Positions 1 to 13,154 of a stretch of 64,000 bases of DNA are shown piece by piece (the stretch's first letter is position 1; the number at the start of each line of letters is the position of its first letter). The stretch covers positions 62,744,001-62,808,000 of the forward strand of contig OX597831.1 of the NCBI GenBank assembly GCA_951406725.2, read 5' to 3'. Under the pieces are notes generated by a model. It was not told the origin of the DNA, did no database searches, and worked only from the letters and a program-made list of their open reading frames with translations. This DNA comes from Octopus vulgaris. Its lineage: Eukaryota. A program made the translations under genes and the position numbers.

Positions 1-417
1 AATCTTTTTTGTCTCCATTCAACAGAATATCCCTCCCCACATTCTAGCAGATCGAAATAACTTAAAGTATATTCTTCAGTCAGAAGATAAATTCTAATAC
101 CTTGATATTCTTAAAATTCAAATCAACATTTCTGTCTATATATCTACCCTCTTTATAATGTTATCAATTAACATGAAAATAAGTATATGTATTGATGGAA
201 AACCTCTATAAACGGCTGATGATTGCTCAACATTTTAAAACTGTTGTAATACCTACAATGTTTAATAAAACGATGTAGCGTGAAACGATCGTACCAAAGA
301 TATTTTTGTTGCTTATTTTGATTATAATCACCGCGTGGATTTATATGGATAACACCGTACAAAATTTTGGTGCATCTAAATTAAGTACCATATTCATTTG
401 AATCTAAATTTATCTGA

Positions 418-420
<3 letters not shown>
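1..420 (+). mobile_element. Penelope-like element (PLE) 3' terminal/pseudo-LTR segment containing a hammerhead motif, ending at a (TA)n tract
   Basis: Homologous to 25990-26416 (shared ccctccccac, tctgtctatatatctaccctcttt, ttgttgcttattttgatta). HHR core at 216-293. Directly followed by (TA)n. Confidence 0.65.
214..295 (+). ncRNA. Type I hammerhead ribozyme motif
   Basis: GG(214-215)-CTGATGA(216-222)-stem II TGCT/AGCG with long insert-GAAA(282-285)-palindromic stem III ACGATCGT-A293 (GUA site)-CC(294-295). Stem I is only 2 bp. Confidence 0.65.
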
Positions 421-470
<50 letters not shown>

Positions 471-1070
471 ACGCTTTGAATTAAATGTGACCATTTTGCG
501 TTGAGTCTGCAGTTTGAATCACTTTAACTAAATTTTAGCAGGCCGGATTTTTTATCATCATGATACATCGCCAGCGACTCCATGAAACTCTCCCCTGAAA
601 TCCCCGTTGAGAAATACTGATCTAAAAGAAGAATTCAACAATGCAATTATTTGATCAACAAAAATTTATGAAACGCTTCTATGTACTTCCTATTGAGGAA
701 ATGGAACACATAAGCGCAAAAATACAGGGCATAAAATGCTTGATTTTAAAACCAAAATAATTGAATTTTGATTGAACTTCATCCATGTTTAGCTTAATTC
801 GCGCGTGCATAGAACGCACGAGCGCACGAGCCGGGCAATACTCTAGTATATATATATATATTCCATCTTCCGTCTTTCATTTGCCATACAAACACACACA
901 CGCACGCACCCCCTCCCCACACACGTATGTATGTATCGGAAGCAAACAGGAATATTCCTACCTGCTTGAGATAAGAGAGCCACTTTTATTATTGTTACTG
1001 TTATTATCAATTATTTATATTGCCCTCGATAATGATAGCAATTATTATATCTATATAAATATTCACACCG

Positions 1071-1101
<31 letters not shown>

Positions 1102-1798
1102 GCAGCACACACACATGCATGTACACATACATACACAGAGGCACAGACACACACTCACATATATGTATGTCAAAATATTACCAAAGTAAACATCCTACTA
1201 AATATAGACCACGTGAAGAACATCGATGCGGTTGCAAATTAAATAAACGATATTTTATAATAAACAAGGTTCCGATCGTGCATTAAAAGCAATTTACATT
1301 CTCTCTTTCTAGAATTAATTAACACTTGTATATGCGTGCATAGCAGTTTGTGCATACCTGTGCATCAGTGTGTGTGTGTTTGTATTTACAGTCGTCTATG
1401 TAGTTGTGTATGTATATGTATGAATTACATTGACTTTGTAAAATATGCATTGACTTGTAAAATATGCATATGAATGCGTTATGTATCTAATCCCCACCAT
1501 GAAAATATGTAAAGTATATCATTACTATAAATCAATTAAGAGTTCGTACTCTTACTGTAGGATTTGCTATAATCTTCAAAGTTATTTATATCTACTTGCG
1601 ATTTTTCCGCATATATATGCATTTGCATCGAAATAGTTTTCTCTTGGTGTTTTGTAGTTAAGTCACCACCTTCTGGATGAGTGAAGGAAATTACAAAACC
1701 CTAATACGTTCAGGAAATGGAGGGGAGAGGGGCAGACCCCTTTGTGAAATGCTCTAGGCATCAGCTTGGAAGACTGTAATATAATGCTGCCTTATTCC

Positions 1799-2037
1799 AA
1801 AAAAGTCAGATTTAAATCTTCTCACGACGACCACGTGTATTTATATCAAAATCGGACCGCAGAAAATGCGGGTGTTTCATGAGGGGTAAATATATTATAA
1901 TAATATTTTATTTATTTACATTCATAATTTAAGGATAAAAATCACGTTAATGATTATTATCAGGTAGTCAGCATGGAAGAAAAATTTTGATATAAATATA
2001 TGTGGTCGTCGTGAGAAAATTTCAATCTAACTTTTTT
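1799..2037. mobile_element. MITE-like element with ~54 bp imperfect terminal inverted repeats
   Basis: 1799-1852 (…ttctcacgacgaccac…atttatatcaaaat) is the reverse complement of 1984-2037. Confidence 0.65.
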
Positions 2038-2094
2038 TTAATCTATTCTTGCAGACTCGCTTTGTTATGTGCATATACTAATAAATATTTGTAT

Positions 2095-2265
2095 ACAATT
2101 GCAGCATGGACGGTGCTTATAAGCCATTTAAGAAACACACAAAACCCATTAGATTAACTTCAATATTTTAATTTTAAATTGTCAAAATATTTTAACGTTG
2201 AAGTTAATCTAACGGATTTTGTGTGTTTCTAAAAAAGCTCATAACCACCTTCCACGTGGCAATTG
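2095..2265. mobile_element. Foldback/MITE-like palindrome with ~65 bp arms
   Basis: agaaacacacaaaacccattagattaacttcaa mirrored by ttgaagttaatctaacggattttgtgtgtttct; ~35 nt spacer. Confidence 0.65.
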
Positions 2266-2541
2266 TTTTCGTTCCAGCACACGATCTCAGATCAGGTCAC
2301 TTGCTATCCAAGTACATCTCCGTAACATATTTGTATATTTTTACATGTATTACGGTGACGATGGGAAAAAAATTATCTAAGATTTTTATCATGAAACTAG
2401 GTAATTCGCAATTAATGGGTAATCTTTTTTAAATAGCTTCTCGTTAGCTCGCTTTCAATCACATGTATAGCTTCGTAATGTTTAGGCATTCATTCAGCAT
2501 GGAGGAGAAAGTTGATGTTTCCACTTTGTCCCATAATATAA

Positions 2542-2594
<53 letters not shown>

Positions 2595-2668
2595 TAAAGG
2601 TTGAAATATAATTAATTTAATAAAATCAACAAATTTCACCAAGTAGTGAAATTTGGTGAAATTTGTTG

Positions 2669-2710
<42 letters not shown>

Positions 2711-2711
<1 letters not shown>

Positions 2712-3064
2712 GTTATATAATTAGGGCTCAGTAAAATAATTCACTTTACCACACACTGAAACTTTTAGATATAGCAGCCAAAAAGTTTTTTTAGCTATTT
2801 CTTCTACTATAAGGAAAGTCTCCCAGTTAGAGTTTACTCAAAAATTCAACTAATCCAGAAACGTAACGTTCTCAAATGATCTTTGTACACGTGATAATTT
2901 GTTATTTTTCCCTCCATATCTGCGTGAATTATTTTTGAGTAAACACTATCTGGGAGACTTTTCTTATAGTAGAAGAAATAGCTAAAAAAGCTTTTTGGCT
3001 GCTATTTCTAAAAGTTTCAGTGTGTGGTAAAGTAAATTATTTTACTGAGCCCTAATTATATAAC

Positions 3065-3065
<1 letters not shown>
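2711..3065. repeat. Long inverted repeat (~135 bp arms) embedded in (TA)n
   Basis: 2711-2845 is the near-identical reverse complement of 2931-3065. (TA)n lies on both sides. Confidence 0.9.
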
Positions 3066-3097
<32 letters not shown>

Positions 3098-3148
3098 AAT
3101 AAAAGCATATAAAATCATATTAATACACGTACAGTAAGTGTTAAGATA

Positions 3149-3536
3149 TCTTTATATATAAAAGTCAAGTTGTGTGTCTGTCTTCTACGATTTAGATTCC
3201 TAACTACTCCCACATTTTGCGGTGCAGTTTAACCAAAACCGGGTATCTTATAGTCGTGATTCATATCGATCCCTTCTGTGTATTAGCGCGCGTCTACGAT
3301 GAGTCTACGATTTTTAAAAAAATTACCATCATTTTTTTCCCATTTTAATGCATTTTTTCGCTATTATATAAGGGAAGTAACTCTCTAAAAATGTCTACGC
3401 TGAGTCAACGATTTAAAAAAAAATTTTCCATGATTTTTTTTTCCATTTTTAATGCATTGTTTTCCTATAACTCTCTAAAAAAGCTTATATAGTTATTTCC
3501 CTTGCAAACCCGAACAACGCCGGGCGATACTGCTAG
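3149..3536 (+). mobile_element. Non-autonomous Helitron
   Basis: Starts A|TC, ends CTAG|T with a subterminal GC hairpin (cccgaacaacgccggg). The 3' ~120 bp is shared with 12714-13088. Contains an internal tandem duplication. Confidence 0.75.
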
Positions 3537-3789
3537 TACACCGTAGAGTAGTATAGCTTAGTGAATGAATTCATGATATCAGCTGTGTTGTTTTATTTAT
3601 AGGTGTTTCGTAGTTCATATTGCACTGTAGGTCCAATATCTACCGCCAGGCATCGTTGTCACTCGTGATTCACGCGATAATCTTGAATTCAGATTTACCT
3701 ACGTCTGTTTAATGGCTACTTTCTCATTTTCATTCATTTGTGGCTATATTTTTTGCTCCTAACAAAATTCACAGTGAAAGTGCTTAGCT

Positions 3790-3915
3790 TCATGCTATAA
3801 CGCTGGAAGATAAACTGGCTATAATAAAATGCCATTAAAAAGAGAAGAAAAAGTGGTAGCAACTGCACGATTCTTTGGGATGAGTCGAACAACTGTATTG
3901 CCGATTGTACATAAC
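3790..3915 (+). pseudogene. Tigger/pogo transposase N-terminal HTH fragment
   Basis: With a frameshift, translates as ITLEDKLAIIKCH..EEKVVATARFFGMSRTTVLPIVHN, resembling the HTH_psq start of Tigger/CENP-B-like transposases. Confidence 0.5.
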
Positions 3916-4662
3916 TATTAACTATTGTTTTCTTTTTCTATTGTGACTTTTTTATTGAACTGTCTGTTTTTTTTTTTGTTTTCGTTTCTTCTTCCCTTTT
4001 GATTTCTTTTGAAATCTCTCTTTCCTTTTTTGTGACCTATTGTTTTGGACATGGCAAAAAATACGGATAAGATTGTAGAGTGGAGATTGTCCCACCTAAA
4101 GAGTGGCTCAGACAGCAAGATGAGAGAGCGGTAGTGTTGAGAACGTATTCGAAGGTTCCCGACACAATTGCCGTCTTCTCCAAGCAGATGTTGAGGAGTT
4201 GGCAGAACATCTGCCAACCATTAATTATATCTCTAAGGGAGTCAAACATGCAACGGTGAGGTTGTTGTTTGACACCCCAGGGATGTTTGGCCTCGTGACT
4301 GGGGTGTTTGACCTCGTGACTGGCACAAAGTGATTAAATTTTAGGATCGATCTGGTACCGGACATGGACTCTCGATTATTTTTTATATTCTCTTTACTTT
4401 ACATGTATATATAAAGTTTCACGCATACACAAATATACTCATGCATTTTTTCCATTGTACACACACACACAAACACACAGGCGCGCGCGCACGCAAACAT
4501 ACCTCTCTTTTACACACACATATACTCCCACTACAAACGGCTTTTTCACTCCTTCTCTCGTTAGTCATCTATCACTCATTCCTTTCTCATTCATACAACG
4601 CTCTTATTTCCTCTGCTTTCATCACTCACTCCGGCTCTATTTGATATACACACACATACACC

Positions 4663-4732
<70 letters not shown>

Positions 4733-5820
4733 AATACATAAAAGACAACGCTCATTATTATGGTTGGAGATTATGCATATATTCTAACAATTTACAGTAT
4801 GCCTATAAATAATTCTACACATCGATCTAAAACCAGAGGATTACTAAAGAATGACTGGAATTTCAGAAAAGACAAAACTAAAATGATATTCATTGAAGAA
4901 TTTTATTTCATTCTACTGGTAGAGGTTTGCCCTCTCCGAGTGCTCGTCTTGTATGCCTTTAACCTGATATTTGGAAATCTACTGTTTCCCTACTTTTGTG
5001 CGCAATATATACACAAGTGTTTATGAAAAAACTAATTAGCTGGAGGAAATAATTCCTTTTCCGTGTTCTCAAGCAATTCTTCATATATTTTCACGATTTA
5101 AATGCTTCTATAGTTACATAATCTACTTATATTAGAATAAGAATTGTGTAAGAACGACAGTATAACATTTGGCGATTTTTAATTATGTTGATATTCCGAT
5201 GTTTGAGTGGTATTGCGATTGTCTTGCGATAATAATATATCATTGAATGCGACTTTAATCATGTGTATCTGTGACTGTGTGCGTGTTTGTGTGCATGTGT
5301 GTGTGTATCTACCGTTTATATTTCTCTTTTATTTGCTAACGTAACATTTACTAGCTAAAAATCCAGCAATTCAAAATATTCTTTATTGCAGTGTTTGTTT
5401 GAAGCCATAAAAAAAATTCGTTTAAAATGACATTAATACTATGACAACATTAATGTGATTACAATCAAAGTTTACAATTTGACACTAAAAACCAATTGTT
5501 TTGTTAATTACATTGGAAGAAATATGTATTCAGCTTGTTTTGTGTCGTTAATTGAATACTCCAGCACGCTTGCAAATTTATGTTTATAGTCGTGGAAAAA
5601 TCATTTGCATATGGAAAATGATTAAAAATATATTTGGACATCGAGAAATTACTATTTTACTTAATCGTATAAAATCTTACTCGAAATGAATTTTCTAGTC
5701 TCCAAGGCATACCCAACTTAAAACTTATTTTTGCAAAAATATTTCTCAGTTCTATTTTATAGAATTAAATTGTAGCTATATCAGATCTTTCCAAATATTT
5801 GCACAATATTTGTAATACTT

Positions 5821-6025
5821 TTAAAGCGGCGAGCCAGAATAATCGGTAGCATACTGGACAAGATGTTGAGTGCATTTCGTCTGTCTCTTCGTTCTGGGAT
5901 GAAATTCCACTGAGGGTGACTTCCCCTTTCAGAGTCGGTAAAATAAGTACCAGTCGAGCACTGGTGTCGATTTAATTGTTTCGGCTCCTCTCCCAAAACT
6001 GCTGGCCTAGTGTCAACATTTGAAG
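5821..6025 (+). mobile_element. tRNA-derived SINE (family A) with 18 bp TSD
   Basis: aaagcggcgagc… head. acaatatttgtaatactt is duplicated at 5803-5820 and 6026-6043. Confidence 0.8.
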
Positions 6026-6132
6026 ACAATATTTGTAATACTTAGCGAGTTTTCTCATGTCGTCTAAATGATGCATAATTACAGATAGGAAAATTAGTAG
6101 CCTACTCGTCGTTTAAACGGTTACAATTTACC

Positions 6133-6362
6133 TATTTCTTTACTACACACAAGTGCATAACACAGAGGGAACAAACAAGGATAGACAAACGGATTAAGTC
6201 GATTATATCGACCTCAGTGCGTAACTGGTACTTATTTAATCGAACCCGAAAGGATGAAAAGCAAAGTCGACCTCGGCGGAATTTGAACTCAGAACGTAAC
6301 GGCATACCAAATAGGGCTACGCATTTCGACCCGGCGTGCTAACGTTTCTGCCAACTCGCCGC
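6133..6362 (-). mobile_element. tRNA-derived SINE (family A) with 21 bp TSD
   Basis: Reverse complement of the 42072 copy. tttaaacggttaca(a/c)tttacc at 6112-6132 and 6363-6383. Confidence 0.85.
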
Positions 6363-7091
6363 TTTAAACGGTTACACTTTACCATAAAGCAGATTCTACA
6401 TGATGCTTAAATTCACTGGAATGCAGGTTAACGCAAAGTAAATTAAAACATTCCATATCTCTATGTCAAATATGAGACTTTTAAAAATGCTCTGAACTTT
6501 CCTTTTTCATTGTCTGGTAGTTGTTTAAGCGGATAGCTACTTTTGGAGACATCTACCAGGGTTCTCAATATTGTGAATCAGTTTCTCTCTGTGAATCCTC
6601 TATGTATGTGATGATATGGATATTACAGATGCCTTTCAACAAACACCTGATTTGCTTTTCTTTTGCTGTCAACAGCATCCCTTATATCACGCAGATGAAT
6701 GTGAACCAACAAGTAATGTTATTTCTATGGGAACCTGATATCGCCATGTCCTGTTTAGGACAGTGCCTAAATATAAGTTATGTAATGTTTTACCTGCTGT
6801 TGGACAGGTGTATTGTGTGACTGATAAGTAGAGATTTTGATGTTGTTTTGAGAGTCAGAGATATTACGCCCTAAATAGATTTGGTTAGATTTTGCAGAAT
6901 AGCACTTCACACGTTCAGTGTGTCCATGCGCTTTTGGATTTCCTGTTTGATGACAGCAAAGCAATGCATCAATATATGTGGTATTTTGGTGATACTCCTG
7001 ATTTATTCAAGACCATAAGTGTTTTATTGCTAAACTATACTCGTAGTTATTTTGATACCGTACCACTTGGTATGAGGCAATACAAAATGAG

Positions 7092-7122
<31 letters not shown>

Positions 7123-7124
<2 letters not shown>

Positions 7125-7522
7125 CGCAGGAGTGGCTGTGTGGTAAATAGCTTGTTTACCAACCACATTGTTTCGGGTTCAGTCCCACTGCGTGGTACCT
7201 TGCGCAAGTGTCTTCTACTATAGCCTCGGGCCGACCAAAGCCTTGTGAGTGGATTTGGTAGACGGAAACTGAAAGAAGCCTGTCGTATATATGTATATAT
7301 GTGTGCGTGTATGTTTGTGTGTCTGTGTTTGTCCCATCCAACATCGCTTGACAACCGATGCTGGTGTGTTTATGTCCCCGTCACTTAGCGGTTCGGCAAA
7401 AAGAGACCGATAGAATAAGTACTGGGCTTACAAAGAATAAGTCCCGGGGTCGAGTTGCTCGATTAAAGGCGGTGCTCCAGCATGGTCGCATTCAAATGAC
7501 TGAAACAAGTAAAAGAGTAAAG
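7123..7522 (+). mobile_element. tRNA-derived SINE (family B), near full-length
   Basis: A box (tggctgtgtggt), B box (ggttcagtccc), CORE-like ccttgcgcaagtg and internal (TG)n. Partial copies elsewhere in the window. Confidence 0.85.
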
Positions 7523-8764
7523 TGTATATATATATATGGACAAAAATTATGGTTAAGTACACTGAATATGTTAACATCCGGTTTTCAGGCAGAAGCAACC
7601 AATGGAATCATTTTCATAGTTAAACGTTTGGTAATGTATTGCGATTGGAACTAACCGTGAAAGTGAAATCAATATTATGAATAATTTTTGGAGTGTTTAA
7701 TGCATTTTAAAATAAGTTACTTTCTAAAAATACGATTAATATTACACGGCATTGATTTCCAGCAACTAAATTTCTAAATTAAGATTCTAGCAAAATAAAA
7801 AAAAAACATAACGTTATTGGAATCCATGCAGGGAACACATGAATACATACACACAAACGTGCTAATACATGCACATACACATATATGTACCTGTGAAATA
7901 TGTATATATATACGCATACCCGTACAGATTCATCATAATGACTTACATATACGTTTGTGTGCGCGTATATCGATGAATAGAGAGAGAATGAGATTTACAA
8001 TAAATTGTGTGCATTTCAAAATTATATGCAATAACTTTTAATATCTTTCACAGGTTTATCGCATTTTTGCAAAATGTATCATATTACATATTTATTGATT
8101 ATACAAATTATTTGCGTTATAGTATACATCTAGGAACTTAAAAATGGATAACTCAAATGGAATTAACAACATTTGAGATAATCATATTGTTGTGGACAAC
8201 TTCAGAATTAGGGCAAACGCTTTATTACCAAAATAAATGAATATAACTTTTAAATAGTTGTATTCGTTTATAATGTTTAATTTATTATATAAAATAAATT
8301 TTTACCTCAGAAAATGTGATATTTTGTTCACGAGGAACAACTTTTGAACAAGCTTTAAAAATCTGGCTTCACATATTTTTAATCATAAATTTCTAATTTA
8401 TGAGAAGCTGTTGTAAAGGAATTTTATAAATATATAAATCTCTTCGAATCCTTAGCTTATTGCCATATTTACTGACTTTTATAATCAATATTTAAATTTA
8501 TGCCTCTATCGCTTTTTATGAATTTCTAGTAACCAAGTACATTTCAAATCTAAATGCAATGCCTATCAAAAATATTATTCATGGTTTTTATGGCAGTTTA
8601 TTTTTTAAAAGTAATTTATTTTAAATATTGATTGAAGATACAAATTATTTGCATCAGAGTACATTATAAAATACTGGAACACATACATTTTCATTTACGC
8701 GAGTAATATTTTTAGCCTACTTTGCAATATATATATATGCATAGGTATGTACATATATACATGT

Positions 8765-8871
<107 letters not shown>

Positions 8872-8984
8872 TTATATATATATATGTAAAGCAGCATTAA
8901 TAGATAGTCGCAAAATAAAAATTAATTTCTGAAAGCGCACTTCTAATTCATTCGTTTGCTAAATTGATGCTGCGTTAATAGTTA

Positions 8985-9027
<43 letters not shown>

Positions 9028-9949
9028 CGTAAAGTTGTGGATCAACCTCTCTAAACATAGTCTGTATTTATATATCCCCTGTTGCCAAAACGCCTATCAA
9101 ATTTCTTCTTAGGCGAAAGACCAGCACCGAAGCTCCACGTACCACGTATTTGCACGGTATGGGATTTTTACCAATTCATTAACTGTATAATTTAATTTAA
9201 AAGATGTATGATTTATACACAGAATTAATTCTCCTTAATTGCTTTAAATTGAATTTTTTTTCCAGTGACTGAAACGCATTATATGTAACAATGTTTTCCA
9301 AACCAGGAATAATTGTTTCTGCTGCGTGACTCCAATCATATAGACGAAAAATATATAACTCAGATTTTGCTGGGGAATCAGTAAAATTTGCCATGTGACT
9401 TTTGAGACACTAATTAGAAAGGACTTCTGTAAATATTATTCAATTTGTGGTTTACATTAATTTCGTCTATTTGGAACGAATGTTTATCCCCACTTAAATA
9501 TGGATGGTCTATTAAAAGAAACTGTACTATGGTAGCTAACTTGTGAGAAACTCTCACATTAGCATTTTGTATATATCAGTAATGGAGACCTAAATCCCCA
9601 CAATCTCCAGCGCTGAGACCACCTGAACATGTGATTTCGACTTTGTTTGGTCTTTACAATGACGGACATTCGACCGCTGCAGGCAACAACTATTCATCTC
9701 CACGCCAGTGATATATAGATTGGCAGTGTCAGAGTAAGCACCGGTGTTGCTATTAGCCAGTTAGTTTGTTTAAAAAATACGTATTAGCAAGAAATGCAGT
9801 ATATACTGAAAGGTAATATTTATCTCAAATTCGTCTGTTGTAATGAAAATTTCGATTTGATTTCGGACATGCTTCTTTTCTTGCTTGCCAATTGTAGAGG
9901 CCAGTATTTAAAGATAGCTCTTAATTGATAAAGCTCTGCTCTGGTTTAC

Positions 9950-10313
9950 TCTAGGCTCCTACAGACTGCATACAATCGCCTCCTAATGGGGGCTCAAAAT
10001 CTCTCGTAGAAGCGTCATCCAACCAAAATACAAATATATGGATAACTACCACCTGTATCATCTCTTGTGAAAGGTAGAAGAGTCCAGTTTTCTGGACATA
10101 GTTGTAGAGCTGAAAACGAGGTAATTTCTATTCTTCTCCTCTGGAAGCCATCTGTTCGCGATACCAGAGGGCGCACACCCTCCTACCCTGATGTAATCTT
10201 CAGGGATACAGACATCCAGCAACAGGACCTCCGTAATGCTATGATGAACCGTGAAGTCTAGCGTAACATAGTAAATTCCATTGTCTCGACCACGGTCGAA
10301 CAATGATGATGAT
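9950..10313 (+). mobile_element. RTE-clade LINE 3' end fragment
   Basis: ORF 10067 (QFSGHSCRAENEVISILLLWKP…RGR…YPDVIFRDT…AMMNREV) is typical of an RTE C-terminus. Ends in a (TGA)n tail. Confidence 0.7.
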
Positions 10314-10919
10314 AAAGTAAGGATATGTTTATCTATAAAAAAAGTGTATTTTAATTTTCATTTTGGATTTCACAAGCTGCAACTCTTTCATGTGTATTCC
10401 CCAAACATATATTAATGATTGTTTAAATATACGACATGCTACTATATTTCTTTCAAACATAATAACATGACAATTAAAAATTCCGGAAGGACTATTAAAA
10501 TTACTTTGGCGGTAATCGTAGGCGGTCTAAACGACGGATTAAATATTTACAACGATCTCTTAAATTTCAATTATCTCTTAAATTTTAGTCTACACTCGGC
10601 AAAATAGAGGCAATATTATGAACTTACATGTAATTGGTGAGACGTACTGCAAAACAGAAAACAAATATTAGCTGCTTGTTTGGAAACAATTAGACCTTTG
10701 TATAAATATTTAAAATTCAATTAATTTTACAAATTAAATTCGCTGAATAGTTAATGATTTTCAGCTTAAAATTAAATAAAGGACTGAGGGATATGAGGTG
10801 GATAAAACTGCAGACTGCGCAAAGGAACAATGCTTGAAAACATTGGTTCTAGTGTTTCTATTTGGAGCAGAGATGATATCCTCTGAGTGGTTAGGATCAT
10901 ACCACACACGCACACACAA

Positions 10920-10950
<31 letters not shown>

Positions 10951-11009
10951 CATAAACACACACATACACGCACACACTCACACATAACGTGTGGCAGGCT
11001 CTCGTAGCT

Positions 11010-11810
11010 TTCAATTTTTCACCCCTAGTTTATACTGATTGATGTTCAGATCCATCCTCAGCATTCTCGTGTAGGACCCTTCCACCATGTTAGAGAGTTT
11101 CTTGGTCAGTCTCCAAGTCTCAGACACGTACAACAGCACAGATTCTACTACAGTAACGAAGAGACGGGTTTTCAGGTCTTTACGAAGTTCCGATTTCCAT
11201 ACAGATTGCAAACTGTGGTACGCCGCCCAGGCCTTGCTCTTCAATCTTTGCTTCTAGATACAGGAAGTCCTCAACCAACATTACCGGCTTCCCGCCTAAC
11301 ATTTATAATCTACTCCGGATCCTGAAACTCGTTCATATTTAGCTACTTCAATAACTTCGTCTTGATCGCATTCATTTTAAACCCCACACTCATCGACACA
11401 GTCTCCTCCTCCTGCATCAACGAAATTCCCTCACTATGTTTGTCACCAGTAATTACGTCTTCAGCAAGTTCAGCATTTAGCTTTTTAGTCCTAATCCTCT
11501 TACTCTGAGCCGGCGCTAGAGTAAAGCCAGAGTCCTGGTGCTTCTCCAACGCAAGGCACATACAATAGTCCATCACAATAAAAAAATAGGAAAACATAGG
11601 AAGCCAATCATCCTGTTGAGGGTCTTTGCCACGAATGATATCAATGCGATGCCCCTATAGTTGTTGGTGTTAGAAAAATCTCCCTGCTTTTGTACTGGGA
11701 TGATATTAGTGTTCTTCCACAGATTCTAAGCAACTTCTTTTTCCATTGCCTGGTTATAGAACTCCAGGACGATATAATCTAAATCACACTTCTTCATTAC
11801 TTCTGGTGTG
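11010..11810 (-). mobile_element. Degraded RTE-clade LINE reverse transcriptase fragment
   Basis: ORF 11011-11244 (KAWAAYHSLQSVWKS…KTRLFVTVVESVLLYVSETW.LTKKL) and a TNNYRGIAL motif near 11650. Confidence 0.75.
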
Positions 11811-11811
11811 T

Positions 11812-12122
11812 GGAGACACGTGGCCTAGTGGTTAGAGCAGCGGACTCACGGTCGAGGGATCGCGGGTTCTAATCTCAGGCCGGACGATGTGTGTGTTTAT
11901 GAGCGATTCACCTAAGCTCCACGCGGCTCCGGCAGAAGGTAATGGCGAAACTTCTGCTGACTCATTCGCCACAACTTTCTCTCACTCTTTCCTCCTGCAT
12001 CTTGCAGCTCACCTGCGATGGACTGGCGTCCCGTCCAGGTGGAGAACCTATACGCCTAGAAACCGGGAAACCGGCCCTTATGAGCCAGGCATGGCTCGAG
12101 AAAGAACAAACAGCAAACAAAA
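11812..12122 (+). mobile_element. tRNA-derived SINE (family C)
   Basis: tggcctagtggttagagcagcggactc…ggttctaatctc tRNA-like head. Near-identical copy at 34608-34888. Confidence 0.85.
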
Positions 12123-12124
12123 AA

Positions 12125-12305
12125 ATTATCCTGTTGAGGTTCTTTTTCACGGGTGATATCAGTACGATGCCTCTCTAGTTGTTGTTGTACTGGGATGATG
12201 TTACTGTTCCTCCACAGATTCTGGGCAACTTCTTTTTCCAGTCCCTGGTTACAGTACACCAGGACGATATAATCAAAATCACGCTTCTTCATTACTTCTG
12301 GTGCT
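12125..12305 (-). mobile_element. Second RTE RT fragment, paralogous to 11690-11808
   Basis: tgtactgggatgat…ttcttcattacttctggtg occurs at both 11691-11808 and 12186-12303, with many substitutions. Confidence 0.65.
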
Positions 12306-12713
12306 ACTCCACTAAAGGTGGTGCTCCAGCATAGCCGCAGTTGAAATGACTAAAACAAGTAAAAGTGTAAGAGCAAAGAGTATGAGATCTACTTGTTTCT
12401 CCGTTACTTAGCCGTCCGTAATGCTTCCATGTGATTAGTTGAAGAGGGCGGCGAGGAGAGGGATGCGGCGAGAAGGGGAGAGAGACGAGGAGGATGGGGA
12501 TAGGGGATAGGAAGGCATGAGGAGGGGAAAGGAGGGAAGATCGAGGGGGACGTGGTTGTGAGTGAAATGTGTATTTTTTTTACTAATCTTTTGTTTCTTA
12601 GCCCAACTAATAACGTGATTAATTGAAAGGAAAGGCGAAGTGCGAAAGAAAAAAGGAGAGTGAAAAAGATTGTAAGACGAAAGTGAGAGAGAAAAAGGGA
12701 CAATGTTTGTATA

Positions 12714-13088
12714 TCTCTCTCTATATAAACGGCAGTTTGTCTGTGCGTTTTCTGTGTGTCTGTTTTCTCGTACCCTCACTCTGGCCACGGCTTTCAACCG
12801 ATTCTGATGAAACTTGACATACACATAGCCCAATGTCATAATTCAAAACTAACGCAGCGAAAATTTTGAAAAGTTCCCCCAGTTCTGAAAAAAATCGATA
12901 AATTCGACATGGGGTCGAGAATCAGAAACCCAAACCACAGACTGTCTAGGGGACGCAACTCCACCTTTTTTAACTCTCAAAAAAAAATTTACCATCATTT
13001 TTTTTCCCATTTTTTGGCTATAACTCTCTAAAAATGCTTTATAGTTATTTCCCTTACAAACCTGAGCAACGCCGGGCGATACTGCTAG
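12714..13088 (+). mobile_element. Non-autonomous Helitron
   Basis: A|TC start; cctgagcaacgccggg hairpin then CTAG|T. Shares its 3' end with 3149-3536. Confidence 0.75.
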
Positions 13089-13154
13089 TTAAGTATATAA
13101 AATTGTGCATAAAGTATAAAAATTGCATATATAAAGTGGATTAAGTAATCATCG

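Noticed and set aside
2950-2990. HHR-like CTGGGAGA…GAAATAGCTA in the foldback arm
   Set aside because: The core is non-canonical in both arms and there is no stem I.
6500-7090. Higher-complexity stretches (also 4040-4260, 19400-20460, 29650-30400, 41240-41720, 52700-53300)
   Set aside because: Probably very old TE debris, but no motif is clear enough to assign a family or a host exon.
9721-9742. TGGCAGTGTC resembles the miR-34 5' end
   Set aside because: The 3' half does not match and there is no convincing precursor hairpin.
11812-11885. tRNA-like heads here and at 7123, 34608 and 42070
   Set aside because: They continue into SINE bodies and lack a complete cloverleaf; they are not tRNA genes.
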